Positions 1 through 10,319 of a stretch of DNA of 64,000 nucleotides are shown here, one piece after another. Position 1 is the stretch's first letter; each line of letters opens with the position of its first letter. The DNA is from Clostridia bacterium. GTDB taxonomy: Bacteria; Bacillota; DTU086. The notes under the pieces were generated by a model that saw only the letters and a program-made list of their open reading frames with translations, was not told the origin of the DNA and did not search any database. Position numbers and translations under genes: made by a program. The stretch lies in the NCBI GenBank assembly GCA_012523575.1, contig JAAYIF010000052.1, forward strand, positions 14,635-78,634, written 5' to 3'.

Positions 1-918
1 ATGAATAAAAAGAGGACTTGCCCTTCTTTTGTTTACAGAACCCGAAGGTTCAACTGAAGCACTTTTTCCAATATTCCTAAAATAATAATTGTGGGGGAGC
101 CCAAAAACGGCTCTGCTTGGATGTTCATTTATTTCTGCACCCCTTAAAAAATCCAAAACAAGAGCACCATCCCCCTCTTTTCTACCAACTTCCCGCCGAT
201 AATTTATAAATTCAATGCCAATTTTATTTAAGAGTCTAAGGGCGTTTTCACTGCTGCTTCCATCAACAACACTGACTCTCGTTTGGCTGCTGAAAGAGGT
301 ATACGGGGGAAAATCATCTTCTTCGGATAAATCCCTTATACTCAGTTCAGAAATAAAACTTCTAATGCGCTCCTCTAATTCCTCAAAAGAATTTGGTTTT
401 GACCAAACCCGCTTCCCGTCAATCTCAAGATTAGTTAAGGTAAGGGAGCCAAACCCCCTTCGAGAGCGTGAACCTGCACCCCCAAAAAGACCCAATGCTG
501 TAAGCGACTTTTTTAGATAGTCTATATCTTCATCAGTGACCTTCTTTTTACGATGTTCTCTAAACTTAAGCTCCAATGTAAATCTGTCCCCGGGCTGAAA
601 AAATTTGCGGGAGCCGTAAGTTCCATACCCGAGATATGAAAGGCCTATGGGCTTTTGGGAATCTGGAACTCCAATTTTTAAATCACTGCTTTGACTGGAA
701 AAAAGAAACTTTCCCTGACCATCTGCACTTCCAAAAAGCTCCTTTTCTTTTTCCCATATTTCTTCAACAGACCTCATAGAAGGCCAAGCCACCGCCCTAA
801 ACCAAAAACGTACCAAACCCTTAATACTCGGAACTCTGAGCTCGGGATCTGCACATTTGTCGTGCACCGCACCCCCCATAAAAAGCGGGGTCGTTATCAG
901 GTATTCAGCCCTTATCAT
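1..918 (-). CDS. cmr1: Type III-B CRISPR RAMP protein, likely Cmr1 (5' part; continues beyond window start)
   Basis: Reverse-strand translation from ATG at 916-918 (AAAGGAGG RBS upstream) gives MIRAEYLITTPLFMGGAVHDKCADPELRVPSIKGLVRFWFRAVAWPS...GLFGGAGSRSRRGFGSL. The 'SIKGxxRFWFRA' motif and the glycine-rich loop are RAMP/Cmr1 hallmarks. No in-window stop, which is why it is absent from the ORF track. Confidence 0.6.
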   Translation of the reverse strand, partial: MIRAEYLITTPLFMGGAVHDKCADPELRVPSIKGLVRFWFRAVAWPSMRSVEEIWEKEKELFGSADGQGKFLFSSQSSDLKIGVPDSQKPIGLSYLGYGTYGSRKFFQPGDRFTLELKFREHRKKKVTDEDIDYLKKSLTALGLFGGAGSRSRRGFGSLTLTNLEIDGKRVWSKPNSFEELEERIRSFISELSIRDLSEEDDFPPYTSFSSQTRVSVVDGSSSENALRLLNKIGIEFINYRREVGRKEGDGALVLDFLRGAEINEHPSRAVFGLPHNYYFRNIGKSASVEPSGSVNKRRASPLFIH

Positions 919-1211
919 TTGATAGAAGCTATCCTCCTTTAAAAAACTTAAAATTGTTCATTTCATAGTCCACTACAGAACTAAACGTTACCATAAATAG
1001 CCGTTATTTCCATCATAACTTCCTACTCTTTTATTTAGTAGGTAATTACTAAACAGCGGCATAAAAAATAAAACAGCGAAACTTGCAAGTCCTAGACTGC
1101 GTTTCCTGCGTTATTTTCTAATTTGACATATATTTCTATAATCCTCCTATTTTAATGCATTAAAGGAATATTTAAGCATTTCTGGGAAATATCCAAAAAA
1201 ATAAAGAAATA

Positions 1212-1258
1212 TCTAAAAAAACAACAAAAAAAGGAACCCCCGTTAAGGATGGTTCCTT
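1212..1258 (-). terminator. Rho-independent terminator after csx1
   Basis: Minus-strand hairpin AAGGAACC-ATCCTTAACGGG-GGTTCCTT followed by a T-run. Confidence 0.6.
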
Positions 1259-1279
1259 AAAAATTTCATGTTTTTTGTT

Positions 1280-2704
1280 TTAACTGCTATTTTCGGGCAA
1301 TTGCATACTGCCTGGCAACCTTTTTATTTCTTCAGGTAAATTACTTGTAAAAAGCAGTTTGCGAATTTCTTTTATATGGTTTCCAAGATTCCATTCTTTT
1401 ACATTCCTAACCTCTGCAAATCCCGCGTGGGCAATTAAATTCCTAATGGAGTTTATTTCAGAAAACTCGCAATGGAGTTTCTTCAGCGGCGAACCATCGG
1501 GTTCATTAGCAAAATTTTTAAAAAGTTTTTTCGCCTTTTCACGATCATCCTTATTTGTAATAGATACATCTACTCCTGAACTTTTATATAATTCCAAGAT
1601 CTTTGTAATTATAGCTTCTGCTAGGCAGATATAGGAGCTGGAATATCGTTTGTTTTCATAGTACCATTCAGCCAGTCTAAATTGAAATTCTGAATTGGAA
1701 CTTAAGCCGTGGAATCTTTTAGCAAAATCCTCTACGTAAGGCAGCAAATACCTGAAAGCCAGATATTCCGGTGTATCAATTTTCGCCTTTTTACTTTCCA
1801 GCAGATTATTTAGTTTGTCTACGTTGCTTCTTAAATTTTTCAAAGAATTTAGGTTAATTAAATCGGAAATGTTTTTTATTATTTCACTTGTTTCTTCGTC
1901 ATTAATTAATTCGGATATAAGGTAACCGTTGCCGTAATTAATGAAATCATAAGTTGCTTTAATCCATTTGGATATGGTAAAAAGCAGCTTCAAATCCACT
2001 ATTTTTGAATAACCAATTTCTCTGCGAACCTCAAGCATTCCGTAATACACGCTTTTAAGTTTTATATTTTTATATTTCAAAGTCTCAAGGAAATCAAGCA
2101 TTACAAACATAAAAATAGGAATGGACCGGAAAGAGTGAGTGATGTCCAGGTAAACTTCATCACCTTCTTTTAAATTATCTGCTATGTTCATGAAAGTTTT
2201 AAAATTCTTAATTAACTCTTCATCTTTCATTCCGTAATCCATTAAAAAACATCTGCTTCCACCCTCAGCATCAGAACGAAGTTTTTTCAAGTAAGCATCT
2301 ATAACCTCACTAACCTTTTTAAGATCATTCTCACTCACTTTGTTAGGCATACCATGTTTATAATTTTCTACTTTCGTGCCTAGATCTGTATAAAAATTAT
2401 CGTCAATATATACATCTGCATTCTGAGCAAAATAAAGATAAACCTCTTCCCACATGGATTTTTCTGTGCCCACTAGAATAACTTTATCAATCTTTAAATG
2501 AGTGGCCAGCGCTGCAGCAACAAAAGAAGTCACGTAACCTTTACCATTTTCCGAAAATCTATATTCAGTTTTTTGGTATTCCCTTATCTGAAATGGAACA
2601 TTATCCTGCATAACTGCATCGATCGACCGCTCATTTATGCCATTTGGTACTTTTTTGATAATGGGCTGACCTGCACCAATGGCAGATATAAGCACCTTAG
2701 ACAT
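1280..2704 (-). CDS. csx1: CRISPR-associated CARF–HEPN protein Csx1 (cyclic-oligoadenylate sensor/RNase family)
   Basis: 474 aa. N-terminal CARF-type 'DITHSFRSIP' loop (DxTHGFR-like). C-terminal HEPN Rx4-6H motif 'RNLIAH'. Adjacent to cmr1. Confidence 0.75.
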   Translation of the reverse strand: MSKVLISAIGAGQPIIKKVPNGINERSIDAVMQDNVPFQIREYQKTEYRFSENGKGYVTSFVAAALATHLKIDKVILVGTEKSMWEEVYLYFAQNADVYIDDNFYTDLGTKVENYKHGMPNKVSENDLKKVSEVIDAYLKKLRSDAEGGSRCFLMDYGMKDEELIKNFKTFMNIADNLKEGDEVYLDITHSFRSIPIFMFVMLDFLETLKYKNIKLKSVYYGMLEVRREIGYSKIVDLKLLFTISKWIKATYDFINYGNGYLISELINDEETSEIIKNISDLINLNSLKNLRSNVDKLNNLLESKKAKIDTPEYLAFRYLLPYVEDFAKRFHGLSSNSEFQFRLAEWYYENKRYSSSYICLAEAIITKILELYKSSGVDVSITNKDDREKAKKLFKNFANEPDGSPLKKLHCEFSEINSIRNLIAHAGFAEVRNVKEWNLGNHIKEIRKLLFTSNLPEEIKRLPGSMQLPENSS

Positions 2705-2888
2705 AACTCCAGCCTCCTATCCCTTCTTTTTTATTTTTTTATTCCTCATAGGTAGGCTGGAAACATAAAAGAATGAATTGATAACAGTTTTTTACGGCTT
2801 ATCTATATTCCAAAGTAAATCAGTTTCATTTAAAACTGCCTTTGCATATAGTGTATCAGCATAATGGTACAGCAAGGAGGTAATAAAT

Positions 2889-3455
2889 TTGACTGAGCAT
2901 ACACGTGAAGCGGTACCTGCCACTGCCGGGCGGGTTCCAAATCCACCAAAGGAGTGCAGCGGTCAGCTTTATACTGTCCAGGCTTCTGATTCCCTTTTCA
3001 AGATTGCCCGCAGATTTGGAGTTACCGTTGAAGCGATACTGGCAGCCAACCCTCAGATTGTAAACCGCGACGTCATTTTTATCGGCCAGGTTATCTGCAT
3101 ACCCTCCGGGGGACCACAACCTCCCGGTCAGTTTCGCGTTCTAACACTCAGATTTTTGACCGAGGAAGGCCAACCGCTGCCCACGGAGGGTGGAGCGGTT
3201 CAGCTCATAGAACGTGTTATTGTCCGAGCTACCTTTACTCGTCCGGTATCAAGAGCTTTCTTTTTCCTGGAACCAACTGGCACGGAAACCTGCGAATTAG
3301 CCAGCCTTATTGGAGTGGACTGCCCCAGCGCAACTACGGGAGTTGCTGAAATACTTTGGCAGGTGCAGCGGGGAACTCTTGGCCGGGTATATGTGGTTGC
3401 GTGCATTGACAGTGTATGTGCAAAATCTGATGATGTTCTTGTTGTTCGTGAGTAA
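2889..3455 (+). CDS. LysM domain protein
   Basis: TTG start with AAGGAGG RBS. LysM motif YTVQASDSLFKIARRFGVTVEAILAANP. Visibly more GC-rich than its neighbours. Confidence 0.7.
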   Translation: MTEHTREAVPATAGRVPNPPKECSGQLYTVQASDSLFKIARRFGVTVEAILAANPQIVNRDVIFIGQVICIPSGGPQPPGQFRVLTLRFLTEEGQPLPTEGGAVQLIERVIVRATFTRPVSRAFFFLEPTGTETCELASLIGVDCPSATTGVAEILWQVQRGTLGRVYVVACIDSVCAKSDDVLVVRE

Positions 3456-3480
3456 TAAGTGTTGTAGTCTAAAAACCATG

Positions 3481-3506
3481 CCGCCATCCAAGCGGTCTTT
3501 TTTGAG
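3481..3506 (+). terminator. Weak terminator after the LysM gene
   Basis: Short hairpin CCGC-CATCCAA-GCGG followed by TCTTTTTT. Confidence 0.35.
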
Positions 3507-3591
3507 TTTTCCGGCTTCTAATCCTAATAGGTAGGCTCATTATCCTTTTGGCACTGAATTTCCCCTTACCAAAATGTTACAAAATATACAA

Positions 3592-3990
3592 TCATTCTTC
3601 AATCTTTATTTCAACTTCTTTTACAGTTCCCCTTTCCCTGTCAATCCTAAACCCCCGAAGCTCCTGGGGCTCCTCCAGGGACAATATAAGATAGACTACC
3701 GGATAAAAAGCCATGTTCACGTCTTTCTGAGAAGGATATGCAGAACCATGGGGGTGGGAGTGGAAGATAGCAACCATTTTCATATTCCTTTTTCTTATAT
3801 CCTTCATCACGGAAATCTGTTCTTTGGGGTCCATGAAGTAGCTATTTGGGCTTTTATCCACATTGGTCATAGGATAAAATATCTCCGCCCTGCCTTCCAC
3901 TCCCCCTATTAGACCACACGCTTCATTGGGTTTTTCCTTATTGGAGAAATCAACCATCCCTTTGTACATCTTTTTCGGTATCACAAACAT
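3592..3990 (-). CDS. JAMM/MPN+ (Mov34) family metalloprotease
   Basis: 132 aa. JAMM motif E...HSHPHGSAYPSQKD (HxHx7Sx2D). Same strand as metX-metY and 62 nt downstream of metX. Confidence 0.8.
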   Translation of the reverse strand: MFVIPKKMYKGMVDFSNKEKPNEACGLIGGVEGRAEIFYPMTNVDKSPNSYFMDPKEQISVMKDIRKRNMKMVAIFHSHPHGSAYPSQKDVNMAFYPVVYLILSLEEPQELRGFRIDRERGTVKEVEIKIEE

Positions 3991-4052
3991 TTTTTACACC
4001 TCAGAATCACAATTTTATTCGAATGAATTGAAAGAATTGTGGATGGTCCAAT

Positions 4053-5195
4053 TTATACAGCAACGGCTTCAATGGCGAGGAAAAACTGACGCAGTATAGC
4101 CCCCAGCCTCTCAAACTCCACAAGAAAGGCATCGTGGCCGTGGGAAGATTTCAGCTCCACGTACTTTGCCCTCTTGCCCAGAAAAAGGAGATCTTCCACC
4201 AGCTGTCTCAGCAGGTAAGGAGGAAAGAGAATGTCCGAGCTTATACCTATGCAAATTACAATGGATCTAATTCTCCGCAGGGCTTCTTCAAGAGAATCGT
4301 ATCCCCGGGCAATGTCGTGGAGATCCATGGCCTTTGCAAGGTAGATGTAGCAGTTGGCATCAAACCTTTTTACCAGTTTATCCCCCTGATAATGAAGATA
4401 GTTTTCAATCTCGAATCTTCCACTAAAATCAAAGCATTTTTCATCAGGACCGCCGAAATCCCTTCCAAACCTGCGATTCCACAGCTCGTCGCTCTTATAG
4501 GTTATCATTCCAATCATCCTTGCCAGGGCAAGGCCGCGCACCGGGCCCGGCCCCGGGTAGTAATCACCGCCGCACCAGTCCGGGTCCTGCATAATGGCCT
4601 CCCTCTGCACCGCATTAAAGGCTATGCACTGGGGCGTAAGCTGGGCAGACGTCGCTATGGGAATAACACAGTCCATATACCCCGGATAGGTAACCGCCCA
4701 CTCCAGGGCCTGCATGCCTCCCATGGAGCCCCCTATTACCGCAATTAAATGCTTAACACCGAGATGGTCAAGAAGCCTTTTTTGAACCCTGACCATATCC
4801 CTTATGGTAACAGTGGGAAAATCCATGCCATAGGGTTTGCCGGTTCTGGGATTTATAGAGGCCGGGCCCGTGGTGCCATAGCAGCTTCCAAGGACGTTGG
4901 AACAAACTACAAAATATCTGTTTGTATCGATAACCTTTCCGGGTCCTATCAGAGGGTCCCACCAGCCCGGTTCCCTGTCACCGGGGGTATGGTATCCCGC
5001 AGCATGGGCGCTGCCCGTGAGAGCATGGAGAATCAGAACGGCATTATCCCCTCTTTGGTTCAGGGTGCCGTAGGTTTCGTAAGCTACGGTTATTGGACCT
5101 AACTTTTCCCCGCTTTCCAGAACGAATTCGTAAGGGGAAAAGGCAAAGGTATACTTTTGGGTTTTCACCAGCCGGTCCATTAGGTTTACCCCCAT
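4053..5195 (-). CDS. metX: Homoserine O-acetyltransferase
   Basis: 380 aa. Alpha/beta-hydrolase nucleophile motif GGSMGGMQALEW. Typical MetX length and composition. Confidence 0.9.
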   Translation of the reverse strand: MGVNLMDRLVKTQKYTFAFSPYEFVLESGEKLGPITVAYETYGTLNQRGDNAVLILHALTGSAHAAGYHTPGDREPGWWDPLIGPGKVIDTNRYFVVCSNVLGSCYGTTGPASINPRTGKPYGMDFPTVTIRDMVRVQKRLLDHLGVKHLIAVIGGSMGGMQALEWAVTYPGYMDCVIPIATSAQLTPQCIAFNAVQREAIMQDPDWCGGDYYPGPGPVRGLALARMIGMITYKSDELWNRRFGRDFGGPDEKCFDFSGRFEIENYLHYQGDKLVKRFDANCYIYLAKAMDLHDIARGYDSLEEALRRIRSIVICIGISSDILFPPYLLRQLVEDLLFLGKRAKYVELKSSHGHDAFLVEFERLGAILRQFFLAIEAVAV

Positions 5196-5197
5196 TT

Positions 5198-6697
<1,500 letters not shown>

Positions 6698-6784
6698 AAG
6701 CGTGATAATTATTAAGTTTTATAAGGGCAGATTTTTTATTGGGATAAATTATAAATACCCAACTCCCATTTGTCAACAAAAATT

Positions 6785-7609
6785 TTATGGTTCACCGATA
6801 ACTTCGTTAAGGCTGCCTGTGCGGTATCCATCCAGGTCCAGGGCAACGTAATTAAATCCGCAGGCCTTAACCTCCCGGGAAATCCGACGCAGCAGTTCCG
6901 GTTTCAATATCCCGGCCATCTCCTCGGGGGCAATTTCGATTCTGGCCACAGTCCCGTGGTATCTCACCCTCACGTTTTTAAAGCCCAGGTCAGCCAGCCT
7001 CTCTTCCGCCCGGTCAACCATTTCCAGTTTTTCCAGGGATAAGGGTTCCCCATAGGGAATCCTGGTGGCCAGGCAGGGTCTGGCGGGGCGGTTCCAGTTT
7101 TCCAAACCAAGAAACTTGGCTATTTGTCGCACATCATCTTTTTCTATACCGCAGTCAAGCAGAGGACTTCTAACCATTTCAAAGCTCCGGACAGCCTCAA
7201 GGCCGGGGCGGTAATCCCCGGTGTCCGAGCTGTTGGACCCCTCCAGCACATACCTGTAGCCTTCACGGCGGGCCACTTCCGTCAGCAGCTCAAAGGAACG
7301 CCGCTTGCAGTGGTAACAGCGTTGGGGGGTGTTTGCCACAATCTGCGCATCCTGCAGTTCATTGGTCTCAATGATTCGGTGAGGCACTTGCAATTCCCGG
7401 GCAATCCTTTGGGCGTCTTCCAGATCCCCGTGGGGTATGAGGGGAGAACGCAACGTCACGGCCAGAATGTTCCGTTTCCCAAGGCAGTCGGCGGAAACCT
7501 TTAGCACAAGGGAGCTGTCCACCCCGCCGGAAAAGGCAACCATAACCCTTTCCAGCTGTTTAATATAAAGGGAAAGGTTTGCTAGCTTTTCCTCCAGTTG
7601 TTTATCCAT
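6785..7609 (-). CDS. LarE-like PP-loop ATPase / sulfur transferase (TIGR00268 family)
   Basis: 274 aa. PP-loop SGGVDSS. Strong overall similarity to LarE, including the conserved Cys in 'PCLATRIPYG' (equivalent to the LarE catalytic Cys). Additional CxxC (RCYHCK). Confidence 0.8.
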   Translation of the reverse strand: MDKQLEEKLANLSLYIKQLERVMVAFSGGVDSSLVLKVSADCLGKRNILAVTLRSPLIPHGDLEDAQRIARELQVPHRIIETNELQDAQIVANTPQRCYHCKRRSFELLTEVARREGYRYVLEGSNSSDTGDYRPGLEAVRSFEMVRSPLLDCGIEKDDVRQIAKFLGLENWNRPARPCLATRIPYGEPLSLEKLEMVDRAEERLADLGFKNVRVRYHGTVARIEIAPEEMAGILKPELLRRISREVKACGFNYVALDLDGYRTGSLNEVIGEP

Positions 7610-7659
7610 ACAAAAACACCCTTTTCAATTGCCTTTCCTTACGCTTCTCTAAATACTTC

Positions 7660-8589
7660 TCATTCCTCTACCTGAAAAAGTTCGGTGCTCAAATAGCGCT
7701 CCCCGGAATCCGGAAGAATCACAACGATCACTTTACCGCTGCTCTCGGGCCTTTTCGCCACCTGCTGTGCAGCGTAAGCCGCCGCTCCCGCAGAGATCCC
7801 CACCAGTAGACCCAGTGTCCGGGCTAGAAGCCTGCTGGTATTGAAGGCATCCTCAGCGGAAACCGGGATAACCTCATCCACCAGTGACAGATTGAGAACT
7901 TCGGGAACAAAACCGGCGCCAATTCCCTGAATCTTATGTGGGCCCGGCTTGCCTCCTGACAATACCGGAGAGTCAGAGGGTTCCACAGCAATGATCTTCA
8001 AGGTGTCCTTGCGCTTCTTTAGTTCCTCGGCGATACCCGTAATGGTTCCCCCGGTGCCAACACCGCCAACTATGATGTCCACCTTGCCATCCGTATCATC
8101 CCAAATTTCCTGGGCCGTGGTAGCCCGGTGGGCAGCGGGGTTGGACGGGTTTTCGAACTGCTGGGGAATAAAGGAATTGGGTATCTCTTTAGCCAGTTCT
8201 TCAGCCTTTTCCACAGCACCCTTCATCCCTTCAGAGCCCGGCGTTAATACCAGCTCGGCACCGTAAGCCTGGAGGAGTTTGCGGCGCTCTATGCTCATGG
8301 TTTCCGGCATGGTCAATATCAGGCGGTATCCCCTGGCGGCGCAAACAAAGGCCAGGGCAATCCCTGTGTTTCCACTGGTGGGCTCAATGATGACGGTGTC
8401 TTTATTGATAAGCCCCTTTTCCTCAGCATCCCTGATCATGGCATAGCCGATCCTGTCTTTCACACTGCCGGCAGGATTGAAGTACTCCAGTTTCCCGAGG
8501 ACTTCAGCATCCGTCCCCTGGGCTAGAGGTTTTAAACGCAGCAGAGGAGTCCCCCCGATCAGTTCCGTAAGGTTATCATAAACCCGCAT
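7660..8589 (-). CDS. cysK: Cysteine synthase (O-acetylserine sulfhydrylase)
   Basis: 309 aa. PLP-binding motifs [10 protein letters not shown] and [10 protein letters not shown]. Confidence 0.9.
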   Translation of the reverse strand: MRVYDNLTELIGGTPLLRLKPLAQGTDAEVLGKLEYFNPAGSVKDRIGYAMIRDAEEKGLINKDTVIIEPTSGNTGIALAFVCAARGYRLILTMPETMSIERRKLLQAYGAELVLTPGSEGMKGAVEKAEELAKEIPNSFIPQQFENPSNPAAHRATTAQEIWDDTDGKVDIIVGGVGTGGTITGIAEELKKRKDTLKIIAVEPSDSPVLSGGKPGPHKIQGIGAGFVPEVLNLSLVDEVIPVSAEDAFNTSRLLARTLGLLVGISAGAAAYAAQQVAKRPESSGKVIVVILPDSGERYLSTELFQVEE

Positions 8590-8696
8590 AAATTAACCCT
8601 CCTATTGTTAATAAAGAATGAATAGTTCACCACTATACTTACTTATGTTTTGTTAATTATATTTCCCCGGGATCGGATATGTCAACAACTACAAAA

Positions 8697-8736
8697 AATA
8701 TTCCCCAGGCAGCAATTGCAGTCCGGGGAATATTGA
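8697..8736. promoter_or_regulatory. Palindrome in the cysK/hypothetical divergent intergenic region (candidate operator)
   Basis: AATATTCCCC-AGGCAGCAATTGCAGTCC-GGGGAATATT. Perfect 10-bp arms around a GCAATTGC core. About 108 nt upstream of the cysK start. Confidence 0.3.
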
Positions 8737-8808
8737 ATGGCAGTAACTCATTCCTCCTTTTTGCGCCTTCTGGAAAACAGAAAAAATTTTGCAAAAAAGT
8801 AAACAGCG

Positions 8809-8837
8809 TTGACAGGATAAAAGGTGAGTGTTATGTT
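8809..8837 (+). promoter_or_regulatory. Putative sigma-A-like promoter for the CorA-like gene
   Basis: TTGACA-17 nt-TATGTT. Confidence 0.3.
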
Positions 8838-8869
8838 ATGGTAAAAATATCTCAAGGGCAGGGTTTATT

Positions 8870-10234
8870 ATGGAAATTCCTAAGTTTACCTTTGCCATAA
8901 TTCCCTTCAAGTACAGCTACTCTTTTGATTCCATCGAAAAAATTGCTGCGGAAGGCGGCATATGGCAGGAAGAATGTTCTGATTACTCACGATTTTATAA
9001 ACATATTAATATCAACCTGGACAAAAGAAACCCCAACCGGAGTATTATTGAATATAAAGCTGTGCTGTCTCCGGAAAAAAGTTCTGAATTGGGTTTTTAT
9101 ATCTCTGATAAACACAAATATTTACTGACAGGCAGGAACGAAGCCGGGGAGTATTACCGTGGCACTGTATGGATTCCGGAAATAAAAATGTTTGTCTTTG
9201 ACACAAATATAGGATTTATCTCCTGTAACTTTATCTTTGAGGACAACATAGATTTTGAATCCATGTGTGAATTAATCTGTCTTATTAAAAAAATGAAGTT
9301 CCACCAGGACAATGAAAAAAATAAAACTCTTACCATGAGGCTCGAAGACCAAAGCAAGTGCATTAATCTTCTTGAAATAATTCAAAATACTCTATTGGGT
9401 GAAGGATTTAGTGTAGGTGCGGATTTGTTTTTCGACCGCAGCGATGTTAAACGCCGGGTTTCCGCAATGATGCTGAGCTCATTTCTGTTCGAGAAAGAAA
9501 TCAGTGAAAAGGAAGCTGTCATGTATCTAAGGCCGCTAAAAAGATCCCAGAACAAAACCCACGAAGTAGGTTTTTACAGGGAGGTAGATAAAGAGCGCGT
9601 TTTGCGGCCTTTTAAAAATATGTTCTGGGGATTTTCTCCCCAGGGTGTGGCCAATATCAACTATGTCGTAGAAAAAATCAGCAACGAAAAATTTATCAGA
9701 TCATTATACACCACTATTAAGAGGGAATACCTGTTCATGACCGTTTTTCTGCTAAATCAATCTTACACACTTATTGATTACTGTCACGCTTTCTCCACCG
9801 CTGCTGATAAGGCTGTTTCTCAAGAAGAGATACAGCGGATGCACAATTTTCGGCTTAAACATGTTTTTAACACCGTTTCGATCCTGGAGCATTATCGGGA
9901 ATACTATGAAAAGTTAAGGAATGCCTTGGCTATTGACAGCCTCCTTCATGAAGTGGATGAAAAGCTGGACTCCCTGTATAAGAAAAAGGAAGATCAAAGA
10001 GACGAATACCTCCGGAAAATCGAAAACAGAGTTGTAACACTTACCCTGGTTTTTACTATTCTCCTTGCAATTCTTGGAATAGTGTCCACAATGAATGCCG
10101 GGTATTATTTGTATGTGGATGTTGGCTTAAAAAATTTCCTGCTCTTATTTGTCGGCACCACTATAGCTTTAGCAGTAATTGTCTTTATAATTGTCATGAC
10201 AGTTAGAAAACTTCGCAAAACTCCTGATTTATAA
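8870..10234 (+). CDS. Hypothetical protein with CorA-like C-terminal two-TM module (divergent; 'TMN' in place of GMN)
   Basis: 455 aa from ATG 8870 (the ORF-track start at 8828 is GTG with no RBS spacing). Large soluble N-domain. C-terminus has coiled-coil–TM1(…LGIVSTMNAG)–short loop–TM2–basic tail (RKLRKTPDL), the same order as CorA (…GIYGMNF…KKKKWL). AT-rich. Confidence 0.5.
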   Translation: MEIPKFTFAIIPFKYSYSFDSIEKIAAEGGIWQEECSDYSRFYKHININLDKRNPNRSIIEYKAVLSPEKSSELGFYISDKHKYLLTGRNEAGEYYRGTVWIPEIKMFVFDTNIGFISCNFIFEDNIDFESMCELICLIKKMKFHQDNEKNKTLTMRLEDQSKCINLLEIIQNTLLGEGFSVGADLFFDRSDVKRRVSAMMLSSFLFEKEISEKEAVMYLRPLKRSQNKTHEVGFYREVDKERVLRPFKNMFWGFSPQGVANINYVVEKISNEKFIRSLYTTIKREYLFMTVFLLNQSYTLIDYCHAFSTAADKAVSQEEIQRMHNFRLKHVFNTVSILEHYREYYEKLRNALAIDSLLHEVDEKLDSLYKKKEDQRDEYLRKIENRVVTLTLVFTILLAILGIVSTMNAGYYLYVDVGLKNFLLLFVGTTIALAVIVFIIVMTVRKLRKTPDL

Positions 10235-10319
10235 AAAGAGACCCATTCCCGGTTTGGGAAAGGGTTTTTCTGAAATTGCGAAGTATTTCTTTCACTAAGA
10301 TGGTGAACAAATTTACTCT

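Noticed and set aside
925-2890. CRISPR repeat-spacer array next to csx1/cmr1
   Set aside because: No regularly spaced direct repeats in the intergenic regions flanking csx1; any array must be outside the window.
3200-3534. Short ORFs (64-95 aa) overlapping the 3' end of the LysM gene; searched there and at 3456-3592, 3990-4053, 6482-6540 and 7609-7660 for a MoaD-like GG-terminated carrier gene
   Set aside because: None ends in Gly-Gly or has an RBS; they overlap LysM or the terminator. No MoaD-like gene is supported in this window.
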